Shown piece after piece: positions 11,946-21,727 of a DNA stretch of 64,000 nt. A program made the translations under genes and the position numbers. Numbering within the stretch: the stretch's first letter is position 1; the number at the start of each line of letters is the position of its first letter. The stretch comes from an uncultured Gemmatimonadales bacterium. Lineage in GTDB: Bacteria > Gemmatimonadota > Gemmatimonadetes > Longimicrobiales > Longimicrobiaceae. The stretch lies in contig OY970303.1 in the NCBI GenBank assembly GCA_963716255.1, positions 7,584,001-7,648,000 on the forward strand, in the 5' to 3' direction. Below the pieces are notes generated by a model. It did no database searches. It was not told the DNA's origin and saw only the letters and a program-made list of their open reading frames with translations.

Positions 11946-12506
11946 ATGCGTAGACCGGATCGCCAGGGGTGGGTGGTGGGGGGCTTCGTCCTCCTCCTGG
12001 CCGGGCTGCTCGGGGCCGGGTGGCTGGTGCGCGACCGCTTTCTCCCCGTGGAGGTGGGCACGGCGGCCCCTGACTTCGCCGCCCGCGACATGCGGGGGCG
12101 CCCGGTGTCGCTGGAGCAGCTGCGCGGACAGGTGGTGCTCGTCAACATCTGGGCGACGTGGTGCGGCCCCTGCCGCGACGAGATGCCGTCGCTCCAGCGG
12201 CTCCACGAGCGCCTGGGCGCGCGCGGCCTGCACGTGGTGGCGGTGAGCGTGGACGGCGCGTCCGCGGCGGAGCGCGCCGCCGGCGACCCGCGGCGGCTGG
12301 TGGAGGCCTTCGCGCGGGAGATGGGGCTGGACTTCACCCTGTGGCTCGACCCCTCCGGCGAGGTGCAGCGCACCTACCGCACCACCGGGGTGCCGGAGTC
12401 GTTCCTGGTGGACCGGGACGGCACCATCGTCAAGAAGGTGATCGGGGCCACCGAGTGGGATTCCGGCGCCAACGTGGAGCTGGTCGAGCGCCTGCTGAAG
12501 CGCTGA
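11946..12506 (+). CDS. TlpA/ResA-family thiol-disulfide oxidoreductase
   Basis: AGGAGG RBS; VNIWATWCGPCRDEMPSL. Confidence 0.92.
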   Translation: MRRPDRQGWVVGGFVLLLAGLLGAGWLVRDRFLPVEVGTAAPDFAARDMRGRPVSLEQLRGQVVLVNIWATWCGPCRDEMPSLQRLHERLGARGLHVVAVSVDGASAAERAAGDPRRLVEAFAREMGLDFTLWLDPSGEVQRTYRTTGVPESFLVDRDGTIVKKVIGATEWDSGANVELVERLLKR

Positions 12507-12509
12507 CGC

Positions 12510-13496
12510 GTGCGTCTCTCCCTGCGCACGGTCGCCCGGAACTGGCAGCTCAAGCTGGCGGCGCTCGCCCTGGCCATCCTCCTGTGGGTGGTGGTGAGCG
12601 CCGAGCAGGTCACCACGCAGTGGATCCCGGTCCCGGTGCGCGTCGCCCCCGGCGACCCCGACCGCGTGGTGACCGGCGGCCCCGTCCCGGGCCAGGTGGA
12701 GGTGCGCTTCGCCGGGCCGGGGCGCGAGCTGTGGGAGCTGGCGCTGGAGCGCCCCATGCTGGTGCTCCCGGTGGACGGGGTGCGGGCCGACACCCAGGTG
12801 TTCGAGCTGGAGCCGCGCATGGTGCGCATTCCCAACGGCCTTTCGGTGACGCCGCTGGACGTGCGGCCCGGCAGCGTCCGCGTGCTGACGCAGCGCCTGG
12901 TCACGCGCGACGTGCCGGTGCGCGTTCGGCTCGGGCGGCGCTCCCGCGACCGCTTCGTGGTGCTGGACACGCCGCGGGTGAGCCCCGCGACGGTCCGCGT
13001 CACGGGCCCGGCGGACCGGGTCGCCCGCCTGGACGCGGTGGTGACGGAGCCGCTGGAGATCGGCGCGGCCGATTCGGTCTTCCGCCTGGCGGTGCCGCTG
13101 GACGGCGACTCGCTGGGCGGCGTCCGCGCGTCCGCCCGCTCGGTGGAGGTGTCGGCGCGGGTGGACCGGGTGGTGGAGCGGATCTTCCCCGACGTCCCGG
13201 TCGCGCGGCTCGCGGGCGCCCTGGTCGCGCCGGAGCGGGTGGACGTGCGGGTGCAGGGCCCCTCGCGCCTGGTGCGTGCGCTGGACGCGGCTTCGCTCCG
13301 GGTGACGGTCGGCGTGGACTCCCTCCCCGCGGTGCTCCCGGCGGGAGGCGCGCCGGCCCCGCTCCGCGTGGGCGGCATCCCCGCGGGCCTTTCGGCCCGC
13401 GCCGTTCCCGCCGTCGTCCGCATCTCCGCCGCCGCGGCCCCGGCACCTCCCGCGCCGGACAGCGCCCAGGCGCAGCCGCTTGAGGACGGCCGGTGA
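12510..13496 (+). CDS. YbbR/CdaR-like membrane protein
   Basis: NWQLKLAALALAILLWVVV anchor; repeated PATVRVTGP / PERVDVRVQGP motifs. Confidence 0.75.
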   Translation: MRLSLRTVARNWQLKLAALALAILLWVVVSAEQVTTQWIPVPVRVAPGDPDRVVTGGPVPGQVEVRFAGPGRELWELALERPMLVLPVDGVRADTQVFELEPRMVRIPNGLSVTPLDVRPGSVRVLTQRLVTRDVPVRVRLGRRSRDRFVVLDTPRVSPATVRVTGPADRVARLDAVVTEPLEIGAADSVFRLAVPLDGDSLGGVRASARSVEVSARVDRVVERIFPDVPVARLAGALVAPERVDVRVQGPSRLVRALDAASLRVTVGVDSLPAVLPAGGAPAPLRVGGIPAGLSARAVPAVVRISAAAAPAPPAPDSAQAQPLEDGR

Positions 13497-14554
13497 GCCG
13501 CCCGCCGCTGGTCCTGGGGATCGAGACATCCTGCGACGAGACGTCCGCGGCGGTGCTCCGCGGCGAGACGGAGCTGCTGGGGCACGTGATCTATTCGCAG
13601 GACGTGCACCGCCTGTACGGCGGGGTGGTCCCGGAGCTCGCCTCGCGCGTGCACCTGCGCACGCTGGACGACGTGGTGGAGGGCGCGCTCCGCGAGGCGG
13701 GCGCGACGCTCGCCGACGTGGACGTGGTGGGGGTCACCGCCGGCCCCGGGCTGGTGGGGGCGCTGCTGGTGGGCGTGGCGTGGGCGAAGGCGGCGGCGTG
13801 GGCCGGCGGGAAGCCGGTGGTGGGGGTGCACCACATGGAGGCGCACCTCTTCGCCGCGCAGCTGGAGCACCCGGAGGCGGAGCCGCCCTTCGTGGCGCTG
13901 CTGGTCTCTGGCGGGCACACCATGCTCCTCTGGGTCCCCCGCTGGGGCGAATACCACCTCCTGGGCGCCACGCGCGACGACGCGGCCGGCGAGGCGTTCG
14001 ACAAGGCCGCCAAGGTGCTGGGCCTCCCGTACCCGGGCGGCCCGTCCGTGCAGGAGGCCGCCGGGGGCGGCGATCCCCGCCGCCACCCGCTCCCGCGTCC
14101 GCTGCTGCACGGCGGCCAGCGCCCCGGCGAGCCGGACTACTATGCCATGTCGTTCAGCGGCCTCAAGAATGCTCTGCGCCTGCGCGTGCGCGAGGTGGAG
14201 AAGGGGGGTGCGCTCGCGGACGAGGTTCCCCACCTGGCCGCCGCCTTCCAGGCCGCCGCCGTGGAGGTGCTGGTGCGCAAGACGATGCGCGCGGTGCAGG
14301 CGCAGGGGTGCCGCCGCGTGGTGCTGGGCGGCGGCGTCGCCAACAGCCGCGCGTTGCGCGAGGAGATGCGCCGCGCCCTGGGTCCCGCCGGCGAGCTGTT
14401 CGCCCCCTCGCCGCGGCTTTCCACCGACAACGGCGCCATGATCGCCCGCGCCGCGCTCTTCCGCTGGCAGCGCGGCGAGACCGCGGGGCTGGACCTGAAC
14501 GCGCGCCCGGACCTGCCGTTTCCCGGGCTGGTGCGCGGGGAGGGCAGGGGATAG
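13493..14554 (+). CDS. tsaD: tRNA threonylcarbamoyltransferase TsaD
   Basis: LGIETSCDETS, GGVVPELASR, HHMEAH, LVSGGHT, TDNGAMIA. Confidence 0.97.
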   Translation: MSRPPLVLGIETSCDETSAAVLRGETELLGHVIYSQDVHRLYGGVVPELASRVHLRTLDDVVEGALREAGATLADVDVVGVTAGPGLVGALLVGVAWAKAAAWAGGKPVVGVHHMEAHLFAAQLEHPEAEPPFVALLVSGGHTMLLWVPRWGEYHLLGATRDDAAGEAFDKAAKVLGLPYPGGPSVQEAAGGGDPRRHPLPRPLLHGGQRPGEPDYYAMSFSGLKNALRLRVREVEKGGALADEVPHLAAAFQAAAVEVLVRKTMRAVQAQGCRRVVLGGGVANSRALREEMRRALGPAGELFAPSPRLSTDNGAMIARAALFRWQRGETAGLDLNARPDLPFPGLVRGEGRG

Positions 14555-14574
14555 GGGACAGCCGGCAACGGCGA

Positions 14575-14745
14575 CCCCCTCCCCCGGCCCCTCCCCGCAA
14601 GGTGGAGGGGAGAACGACGACGGCACCCCCCATCCCCCCGACCCCCTTCCCCCGCAAGCGAGGGAAGGGGGAGCACGACGGGCCGGCGCGGTTGTCCCCT
14701 CCCTCGCTTGCGGGGGAGGGGACAACCGCGCCGGGGTGGGGGGTC
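14575..14745. repeat. Cluster of REP-like palindromes
   Basis: CCCCTCCCCGCAAGGTGGAGGGG, CCCCTTCCCCCGCAAGCGAGGGAAGGGG, CCCTCCCTCGCTTGCGGGGGAGGG. Confidence 0.7.
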
Positions 14746-14748
14746 CCC

Positions 14749-14910
14749 GCGGACGCCAGCGCGGAGCCGCGTGAGGGATTTCGGCCCGAAGGGGCGAGAC
14801 CCGGCGGCTGTTTGCCGGGGCTCGACTCCGTTGGCGAGCGTTGTCTGCTCGCTTACGGAGCCGAAGCCCGACCCCGGCGCCAGCCGGGGGCACGCCCGAA
14901 CCCTGCCGTT
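14749..14910 (-). repeat. Structured dispersed repeat family 1, copy B
   Basis: Reverse complement of 4351-4509 with a different central hairpin. Confidence 0.87.
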
Positions 14911-14986
14911 CCGTCTCTGTTTGCTGTTCCTGGCATGCAAGTAGCACTCGACAGGAGGTCGACACGAATGCCCGCCCGCTGAGTGG

Positions 14987-15889
14987 ATGCCCGGCTTGCT
15001 GACGATCTTTCACGTTTCCGACCTGCACTTCGGCCCTCCGTACTACCCGGAGGTCGGCGAAGCCGTGCAGCGCTTCGCCGCCGAGCTGCAGCCGGACGTG
15101 ATCGTGGCTTCCGGCGACTTCACGCAGCGGGCTCGCGAGGACCAGTTCCGCGACGCGCGCGCCTTCCTGGACCGCTTTCCGCGCGCCCCGCTGATCGTGG
15201 TCCCCGGCAACCACGACGTGCCGCTGTACCGCGGCCTGGAGCGGGTGCTCTCGCCGTACACGCTGTACGAAAAGTACATCTCGGAGGAGCTGGACACCGT
15301 CACCGACGTGCCGGGGGCGCGGATCGTGGCGCTGAACTCCACGGCGCCGCTGCGGGCGATCACCAACGGGCGGATCCACCGCTGGCAGATCGAGCTGGCG
15401 CGCCGGGCCTTCGCGGACACGCCCGCGGGGACGCACCGCATCGTGGTGGCGCACCACCACTTCGCGCCGCCGCCGGACTGGGAGGGGGGCGACGTGATGC
15501 CCAAGGCGAAGCGCGCCCTGGACGCCTTCACCGAGATGCGCGTGGACCTGATCCTGGGCGGCCACCTGCACCGCAGCTACATCGGCAACTCGCTGGACGT
15601 GTACGCCGGCGAGGACCGCGAGCACGGGATCATCATCGCGCAGAGCGGCACCTCCACCTCGCGGCGGGGCCGGGCGCGGGAGCGCGAGAAGAACACCTTC
15701 AACGTGCTCAAGCTGGACGCGCGCGCCATCGAGGCGACGCACTACATGTACTTCGACGACGCGGGGGGCTTCGTCCCCACGAGCCGCCACACCTTCTTCC
15801 GCCGAGGACGGCCGCCGCTCCCGGGCGAGCACGCGCCGGCCGGGGTGGAGAGAGAGACCGGGGATGCCGACCTTCGACTATCGACGTAA
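14987..15889 (+). CDS. Calcineurin-like metallophosphoesterase
   Basis: SDLHFG, SGDFT, PGNHD, HHH, GGHLH motifs. Confidence 0.9.
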   Translation: MPGLLTIFHVSDLHFGPPYYPEVGEAVQRFAAELQPDVIVASGDFTQRAREDQFRDARAFLDRFPRAPLIVVPGNHDVPLYRGLERVLSPYTLYEKYISEELDTVTDVPGARIVALNSTAPLRAITNGRIHRWQIELARRAFADTPAGTHRIVVAHHHFAPPPDWEGGDVMPKAKRALDAFTEMRVDLILGGHLHRSYIGNSLDVYAGEDREHGIIIAQSGTSTSRRGRAREREKNTFNVLKLDARAIEATHYMYFDDAGGFVPTSRHTFFRRGRPPLPGEHAPAGVERETGDADLRLST

Positions 15890-16100
15890 GCTTTCGCTCA
15901 AGGAGCAGCTCCCCGCCCTGGGCGCGGGGGTGGGTGCCGGCATCGCCATCGGGGCGTCGGTGTTCTACCTGGCGCGCCTGATGATGCAGCGCACGCCGCT
16001 GCGCGGCACCCCCGCGGCGAACCCCGCCGGCGTGGCGCGCCCGGGCGAGGCGTCGCCGTTCCCGTCGGCGCCGGTGCGTCCCCCCGCCGGGCCGCGGTAG
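15864..16100 (+). CDS. Small hypothetical membrane protein
   Basis: 78 aa, one hydrophobic segment, overlaps both neighbours. Confidence 0.55.
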   Translation: MPTFDYRRKLSLKEQLPALGAGVGAGIAIGASVFYLARLMMQRTPLRGTPAANPAGVARPGEASPFPSAPVRPPAGPR

Positions 16101-17311
16101 TGGCCTCCGCGGACCGCGCGCTCCGGGCGCTCGCCTGGCTGCTGGGCGGGCTGCTGGTGGTCCTCGTGGTGGGCGGCGGCGTCCTCTGGTACCTGACCCG
16201 GACCCGCGGCGGGCGCGAGCGCGTCCTGACGCTGACGATGGACCGGCTGGGCGCGGGGATCCGCGGCAAGCTGGAGGTGGAGCGCATCGACGGCAACCTG
16301 ATCACCGGGGCCAAGCTGTACGGCGTGTCGCTGCGCGACGAGACGGGCGAGCCCTTCGTGCTGGCCGACAGCGCCTTCCTGGACTACGACCTGCGCACGC
16401 TCACCACCCCGCGCATCCACATCGAGCGCGCGGTCCTGTACTCGCCCGAGATCTACGTCTACCAGCTCCCGGGCGACACGCTCTGGAACTACCAGAAGCT
16501 CTTCCCGCCGGGGGAGAAGCCCGGCCCGCAGCGCTACACGCTGGTGGACCGCGCGTGGGTGGTGGGGGCGAACGTGCGGGTGCGGATCCCCTGGGAGCCC
16601 GTGGACACCGCTCCCCGGGCGCGCCGCCGCGAGATCCGCGAGGCGCTGGCGGACACTTCGCCGGTGATGGTGCAGCAGGTGCGGGGCGGCTACCTGCGCA
16701 CCATCAACCTGCGCGCGGTGAGCGGGGCGCTGCGCGACGTGCGCTTCGCTCCCGGGTCGCAGGCCGGGTCGTACTTCGGCATCGACAGCCTCTTCGGCAC
16801 GGTGCAGTTCTTCCGCACGCCCTTCCGGGTGGAGCGCATGCGGGGCGAGCTGCAGCTGGTGGAGGACCGGGTGGAGTTCAGCGCCCCCCTCCTGGAGCTC
16901 CCCGATTCGCGCTTCTCCACCGCCGGGGTGATCACGCTGGGGAAGCGCGGCGAGGATCCCCGCTACGACGTCACCTTCCGCAGCGACAGCGTGGCGCTCC
17001 GGGACCTGCGCTGGCTGTACCCTCGCTTCCCCCGCGACGCCACGGGGGGGCTGACGCTGCTGGTGGAGACCCGCGACGACGGCACCCTGTTCCTCGCCCG
17101 CGACATGAGCTTCCGCGCGCCGGGGACCCGCCTTTCCGGCGGGTTCGGGATGATCGCGGGGGACACGCTGAAGTTCGTGGACGTGGACCTCCGGGCGGAC
17201 CCGCTCGACGCCGCCACGCTCGAGGGTATGCTCCCCGACAGCCTGCCGGTGCGCGGGCTGCGCATCGGGTCGGTGGAGATCGCCGGCCCGCAGTCCCCCC
17301 GGAGCCGCTGA
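16100..17311 (+). CDS. AsmA/TamB N-terminal-like hypothetical protein
   Basis: N-terminal TM anchor then beta-strand-rich sequence (GKLEVERIDGNL..GVSLRD). Confidence 0.55.
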   Translation: MASADRALRALAWLLGGLLVVLVVGGGVLWYLTRTRGGRERVLTLTMDRLGAGIRGKLEVERIDGNLITGAKLYGVSLRDETGEPFVLADSAFLDYDLRTLTTPRIHIERAVLYSPEIYVYQLPGDTLWNYQKLFPPGEKPGPQRYTLVDRAWVVGANVRVRIPWEPVDTAPRARRREIREALADTSPVMVQQVRGGYLRTINLRAVSGALRDVRFAPGSQAGSYFGIDSLFGTVQFFRTPFRVERMRGELQLVEDRVEFSAPLLELPDSRFSTAGVITLGKRGEDPRYDVTFRSDSVALRDLRWLYPRFPRDATGGLTLLVETRDDGTLFLARDMSFRAPGTRLSGGFGMIAGDTLKFVDVDLRADPLDAATLEGMLPDSLPVRGLRIGSVEIAGPQSPRSR

Positions 17312-17344
17312 GCGGCCCCTCCTTCCCCCTCCACCTCACATTCC

Positions 17345-18682
17345 ATGTCCGACACCGCCTCGCCCGCGGAGCGAGCCTCCCTCGTCCGCGCGGTCGGAGT
17401 CCTGGGGCTCGCCGCCGGGATCGTCAACGTCACCGTGGGGGGCGGGATCTTCAGGCTCCCGGCCGGGGTCGCGGGCTCCCTGGGGACCGCGGCGCCGGTG
17501 GCGTACGTGGTCTGCGCGCTGGCCATGGCGCTGATCGTCCTGTGCTTCGCGGAGGCGGGGAGCCGGGTGGCGCTCACCGGCGGCCCGTACGCCTACGTGG
17601 AGGTGGCGTTCGGCCCGTTCGTGGGGTTCCTGGCCGGGACCCTCCTCTGGCTGGTGGGCACCACGGCGCTCGCCGCCGTGGCCACCATCTTCGCGGATTC
17701 CATGGGGAGCCTGCTCCCCGCGCTCGGGGGGCCCGGGGCGCGCGCGGTCTTCCTCGTGGTGGTGTTCGCCCTGCTGGCGGGCCTCAACGTCCGCGGCGTG
17801 CGGCAGGGGGTGGCGCTCAACAACGTCGCGACCGTGGCAAAGCTCCTCCCGCTCCTCCTCCTGCTGGGGGTGGGAGCCTTCGCCGTCCGGCCGGAAAACC
17901 TCGCGTGGCAGGGGACGCCGGAGGCGGGCGCGGTGGCGCGCACCAGCATCCTGCTCATCTTCGCCTTCGCGGGGATCGAGAGCGCGCTCGTTCCCAGCGG
18001 GGAGGTGCGGGACCCGGCGCGCACCGTGCCGCGGGCCGTCTTCCTCGCCATGCTGCTGATCACCCTGCTGTACCTGGGCCTGCACCTGGTGGCGCAGGGA
18101 GTGCTGGGAGCGGAGCTGGCCGCCAGCAAGACGCCGCTCGCGGACGCGGCGGGAGCGGCGCTGGGCCCGTGGGGACGCACGCTGATCCTGGTGGGCGCGG
18201 CCGTGTCTATGTTCGGGTACGTGAGCGGGATGACGCTCGCGGTGCCGCGCGCGCTGTTCGCCTTCGGGCGCGACGGCTTCCTGCCGCGGGGCCTCGCCGC
18301 GGTGCACCCGCGCTGGCGCACCCCGCACGTCGCCATCGCGGTGCAGACGGTGATCGTCTGCGCGCTGGCGATCTCGGGCACCTTCGAGCAGCTGGCCATC
18401 CTGGCCAACCTGTCGACGCTGCTCCTGTACGGCGCCTGCGCCCTGGCGTCGTGGGAGCTGCGCCGCAGGAACGTGCGCGCGGACGGCGTGCCCTTCCGCG
18501 TCCCCGCCGCCGGCGTGGTGCCGTTCCTGGCGTGCGGCGTGATCGTCTGGATGCTGGGCAGCGTGACGCTGCGCGAATGGGCGGTGACGGTGGGGGTGCT
18601 CGCCGCGGCCGCGGTGGTGTTCCTGCTCACCCGCGGGCACCGCGCCGGGATGGCCCGCGTGTCGGCGGAGGGAGCGGCGTAG
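17345..18682 (+). CDS. APC-family amino acid permease
   Basis: ~12 TM; VGGGIF, GGPYAYV, FAFAGIE..GEVRDP, HPRWRTP. Confidence 0.9.
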   Translation: MSDTASPAERASLVRAVGVLGLAAGIVNVTVGGGIFRLPAGVAGSLGTAAPVAYVVCALAMALIVLCFAEAGSRVALTGGPYAYVEVAFGPFVGFLAGTLLWLVGTTALAAVATIFADSMGSLLPALGGPGARAVFLVVVFALLAGLNVRGVRQGVALNNVATVAKLLPLLLLLGVGAFAVRPENLAWQGTPEAGAVARTSILLIFAFAGIESALVPSGEVRDPARTVPRAVFLAMLLITLLYLGLHLVAQGVLGAELAASKTPLADAAGAALGPWGRTLILVGAAVSMFGYVSGMTLAVPRALFAFGRDGFLPRGLAAVHPRWRTPHVAIAVQTVIVCALAISGTFEQLAILANLSTLLLYGACALASWELRRRNVRADGVPFRVPAAGVVPFLACGVIVWMLGSVTLREWAVTVGVLAAAAVVFLLTRGHRAGMARVSAEGAA

Positions 18683-18742
18683 CCCGCCCGGCCCGGCACG
18701 ACGCTTCCGCGCGCCCCGGAGCACGGGGCGGCAGCGAGGGCG

Positions 18743-18780
18743 AAAAGGCGCCCCCGTCCGGAGATCCGGGCGGGGGCGCC
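18743..18780. terminator. GC hairpin after permease
   Basis: GGCGCCCCCGTCCGGA-GA-TCCGGGCGGGGGCGCC with A-run on the left. Confidence 0.5.
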
Positions 18781-18881
18781 GTGTCTCGCAGCCGCGACGG
18801 CCTTCGCGTGAGGGATTTCGGCCCGAAGGGGCGAGACCCGGCGGCTGTTTGCCGGGGCTCGACTCCGTTGCAAACGGTAGT

Positions 18882-19990
18882 AGACGGGTTGCACAATAGA
18901 TGCAGGACGCAGGGCTTGCTGCGGCTGGACCGGGACTCGGCAAGAGGAGGAGAGCATGCTCACGGTGGCGCGCCTTCGCAAGAGACCTGCGCATCTGTAC
19001 AACTTCACGGGGCTTACGCTGGAGCAGTTCGATCAGCTCCTGGCTGAGGTGACTCCGGTCTATGCCGCGCGCGAGCGGCAGCGCAAGGACAGGCCTGGGC
19101 GCAGACGTGCACCGGGAGCGGGTCATCCCTTCGCGCTGGCTCTGCCGGAGCGGCTGCTGCTGACCCTGATGTACTTGCGCCTGTACGTGAGCGAGCCGCT
19201 CCTGGGCTACCTCTTCGACGTGCATCCGAGCAGCATCAATCGAGAGAGGAACCTGCGCATGGTCCCTGCCCTGACCCAGGTGCTGCCCATGCCTGCACGA
19301 GAGGAATGGGGCTTGGTCCGGTCCCCGGAGTCGCAGGGCGCCAGACGCGGCAAGCGCATCGACACGCTGGAAGAGCTGCTACGGCGCCATCCGGAGATCG
19401 CCGAGGTGCTCATCGACGCTACCGAGCAGCCTCTACGGCGGCCCAAGGACCCTCAGGCCAGGCGCGAGCGCTACTCGGGGAAGAAGAAGCGGCATACGGC
19501 CAAGACGCAGGTGACGACCACACGGGACAAGCGCGTTCTGCACGCGAGTCGGTGGGTGCCCGGTAGCCTGCACGACATGACGCTGCTGCGCTTCAGCGGT
19601 GTGCTCCACGCTCTGCCTGGGAGCGTGCGCGTCGCACGCCTGGACCGTGGCTATGAGGGTGCGAAGGACGCCTACCCCACAGCGGCCGTCGAGCAGCCCT
19701 TCAAGACCCACCGCACTCAGCGACTGACCTGGCTCGGGCACGCCTACAACCGGATGCAGGCCCGATTGCGCATCGTCGTCGAGCATGCCCTGGCCGCCCT
19801 GAAGCGCTACCGCATCCTGGCGGAACTCTACCGCGGGCAGATGCAGCGCTACGACGACTGCTTCGGCGTCGTCTGCGGCTTGCAGAACTTCCGTGTCATG
19901 GGCCGCCTCTCCTGGTGAGCCTCACCCCTCCGCTCCTTGACTACGCCGCTTCGCGCCTCTTCCGCTCTCCAGCTATTGTGCAACCCGTCT
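18882..19990 (+). mobile_element. IS5-family (ISL2-group-like) insertion sequence, 1109 bp
   Basis: Perfect terminal IRs AGACGGGTTGCACAATAG / CTATTGTGCAACCCGTCT, flanked by AGT direct repeat (alternatively TAGTA with 1-nt shorter ends). Confidence 0.92.
18956..19918 (+). CDS. Transposase (HTH + DDE)
   Basis: FTGLTLEQFDQL, LLLTLMYLR, IDATEQPLRRP..YSGKKKRH, DRGY, RIVVEHAL. Confidence 0.92.
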   Translation: MLTVARLRKRPAHLYNFTGLTLEQFDQLLAEVTPVYAARERQRKDRPGRRRAPGAGHPFALALPERLLLTLMYLRLYVSEPLLGYLFDVHPSSINRERNLRMVPALTQVLPMPAREEWGLVRSPESQGARRGKRIDTLEELLRRHPEIAEVLIDATEQPLRRPKDPQARRERYSGKKKRHTAKTQVTTTRDKRVLHASRWVPGSLHDMTLLRFSGVLHALPGSVRVARLDRGYEGAKDAYPTAAVEQPFKTHRTQRLTWLGHAYNRMQARLRIVVEHALAALKRYRILAELYRGQMQRYDDCFGVVCGLQNFRVMGRLSW

Positions 19991-20183
19991 AGTATCGTTT
20001 GCTACGGAGCCGAAGCCCGACCCCGGCGCCAGCCGGGGGCACGCCCGGACCCTGCTCTTCGACCCGCTTCAACAGGATCCGCGCGACAGATTGCGCGGTG
20101 CGCGGGGAAGCGGTAGCATGCGGCGTCGCGCCTGCAGGACGCCGCGGCTGGACCCCCGTTCTTCGCAACCCGACCCGCAGACC

Positions 20184-21215
20184 ATGACCGCCCAAGACCT
20201 CCTCGCCGTTCCCCCTGCCCGCGCGGCCATCCTCGCGCCCGTGCTGGAGCGCCTCCTGGCCGCGCGCAGCGTGGTGCTCGTCACGCACGTGCACGCCGAC
20301 GGCGACGGGAGCGGGTCGGAGGCGGCGACTGCGGCGTGGCTGGAAGGGCGGGGGATCCGCGCGGCGATCGTGAACCCCACGCCCTTCCCGGACACCTTCC
20401 GCTTCCTCCTGCACCGGCCGGACGTGGTGGCCGACCTGGGGACGGAGGCGGGCGAGGCCGCGCTCGCGGAGGCCGACCTTTTCGTGGTGCTGGACACCAG
20501 CGAGCCGCAGCGGGTGGGCGGCCTGGCGCCGCGCCTGCCGCGGGACCGGACGCTGGTGGTGGACCACCACCCGGCGGGGCGCGAGGTGGTGGGCGACGTG
20601 GCGGTGCAGGACGCCACCGCCGCGGCCACGGGCGAGCTGGTGTACGACCTGGTGCGCCTGGCCGGGGACGAGCTGTCGCCGCAGGCGGCGCTCGGCGCGT
20701 ACGTGGCGCTGGTGAGCGACACCGGCTCCTTCCGCTACGGCAACACCACGCCGCGGGTGCACGCCATCGCCGCGGAGCTGATGGGGCGGGGGATCGACCC
20801 CGAGATGGTGTACCGCCGACTCTTCGCCACGGCGCCGCGGCGGCGCCTGGACCTGCTGCGCGCCGCGCTGGACGAGCTGCACGTGGACGCGGAGGCGGCG
20901 CTCGCCTGGATGGTGGTGGACGGCGCGGTCGCCGCGCGGCTGGGTGCCACCTCGGAGGACTTCGACGGGCTCATCGAGCACGTCCGCTCCATCGAGGGCA
21001 CCGAGGTCGCGCTCCTCTTCCGTGGCACCCCCGAGGGCGAGACCAAGATCTCGTTCCGCTCCAACGGCGAGACGGACGTGAACCGGATCGCGCGGCAGTT
21101 CGGGGGCGGCGGGCACGTCAAGGCGTCGGGCGCGCTGGTGCCGGGAGCGCCCGGAGAGGTGGCGGCGCGGGTGGTGGCCGCGGTGCGGGAGGCGCTGGCG
21201 GGGAGTGCGGCGTGA
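20184..21215 (+). CDS. nrnA: DHH-family phosphoesterase (NrnA-like)
   Basis: THVHADGD, VVDHHP, SDTGSFRY, FGGGGHVKASG. Confidence 0.9.
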   Translation: MTAQDLLAVPPARAAILAPVLERLLAARSVVLVTHVHADGDGSGSEAATAAWLEGRGIRAAIVNPTPFPDTFRFLLHRPDVVADLGTEAGEAALAEADLFVVLDTSEPQRVGGLAPRLPRDRTLVVDHHPAGREVVGDVAVQDATAAATGELVYDLVRLAGDELSPQAALGAYVALVSDTGSFRYGNTTPRVHAIAAELMGRGIDPEMVYRRLFATAPRRRLDLLRAALDELHVDAEAALAWMVVDGAVAARLGATSEDFDGLIEHVRSIEGTEVALLFRGTPEGETKISFRSNGETDVNRIARQFGGGGHVKASGALVPGAPGEVAARVVAAVREALAGSAA

Positions 21216-21421
21216 AGGAGCGTCCGAACCACCGGCGCTACATCGAAGTGCTGCAGAGCATGACGCCCGATCAGCGCCTGAGCAAGGCGTTCGAGCTCTC
21301 CGAGTTCACCCGCGCTCTCTTCGTCCAGGGCCTCCGCGCCCGCCACCCCGAGCTGGGGCCGGAAGAGTTCGCGAAGCTGCTGCGCTCGCGATTGGACAAA
21401 TGTCACAACAGGAACGACTGA
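21212..21421 (+). CDS. Small hypothetical protein, antitoxin-like
   Basis: GTG overlapping nrnA stop; 69 aa SMTPDQRLSKAFELSE..GLRARHPEL. Confidence 0.55.
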   Translation: MKERPNHRRYIEVLQSMTPDQRLSKAFELSEFTRALFVQGLRARHPELGPEEFAKLLRSRLDKCHNRND

Positions 21422-21424
21422 GGG

Positions 21425-21727
21425 TCAGGACTCCGGCCTCAGCCTGTCCTGTGCGACATGGCGGATGTGGAGGATGTGCACTTCGGTCTTCTGGATGGTG
21501 AAGAGAATGCGGTGCGAGCGGTACAGCAGCTGGCGTATCTCCTCTTCGAAGGCGTCATTCTCCGGTGCGCGGGCGCAGCGTTCCGGCATGCGTGAAAGGG
21601 TCTCCAGCACGACGAGCAGGCCCTCGAGCCATGCCTCGGCCGTGAGTGGCGAGTGCTCCTGGATATAGAGATACGCTGCCTCCGCGTCTGCTTCCGCCGG
21701 CGGCTGGATGAGGACGGAGAACCTCAC
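21425..21727 (-). CDS. RelE/ParE-family toxin
   Basis: VRFSVLIQPPAEADAEAAYLYI..LSRMPERC..HRILFTI..VHILHIRH; overlaps antitoxin stop. Confidence 0.85.
   Translation of the reverse strand: MRFSVLIQPPAEADAEAAYLYIQEHSPLTAEAWLEGLLVVLETLSRMPERCARAPENDAFEEEIRQLLYRSHRILFTIQKTEVHILHIRHVAQDRLRPES

Larger units (their letters stand above)
18805..20055 (-). repeat. Structured repeat family 1, copy C, split by IS (18805-18881 and 19991-20055)
   Basis: Both halves match copy B; removing the IS and one AGT restores hairpin CAAACGGT-AGT-ATCGTTTG. Confidence 0.87.

Noticed and set aside
6880..15832. Long antisense ORFs over housekeeping genes (6880-10953, 10506-13529, 12374-15832)
   Set aside because: Overlap well-supported plus-strand genes; artefact of high GC
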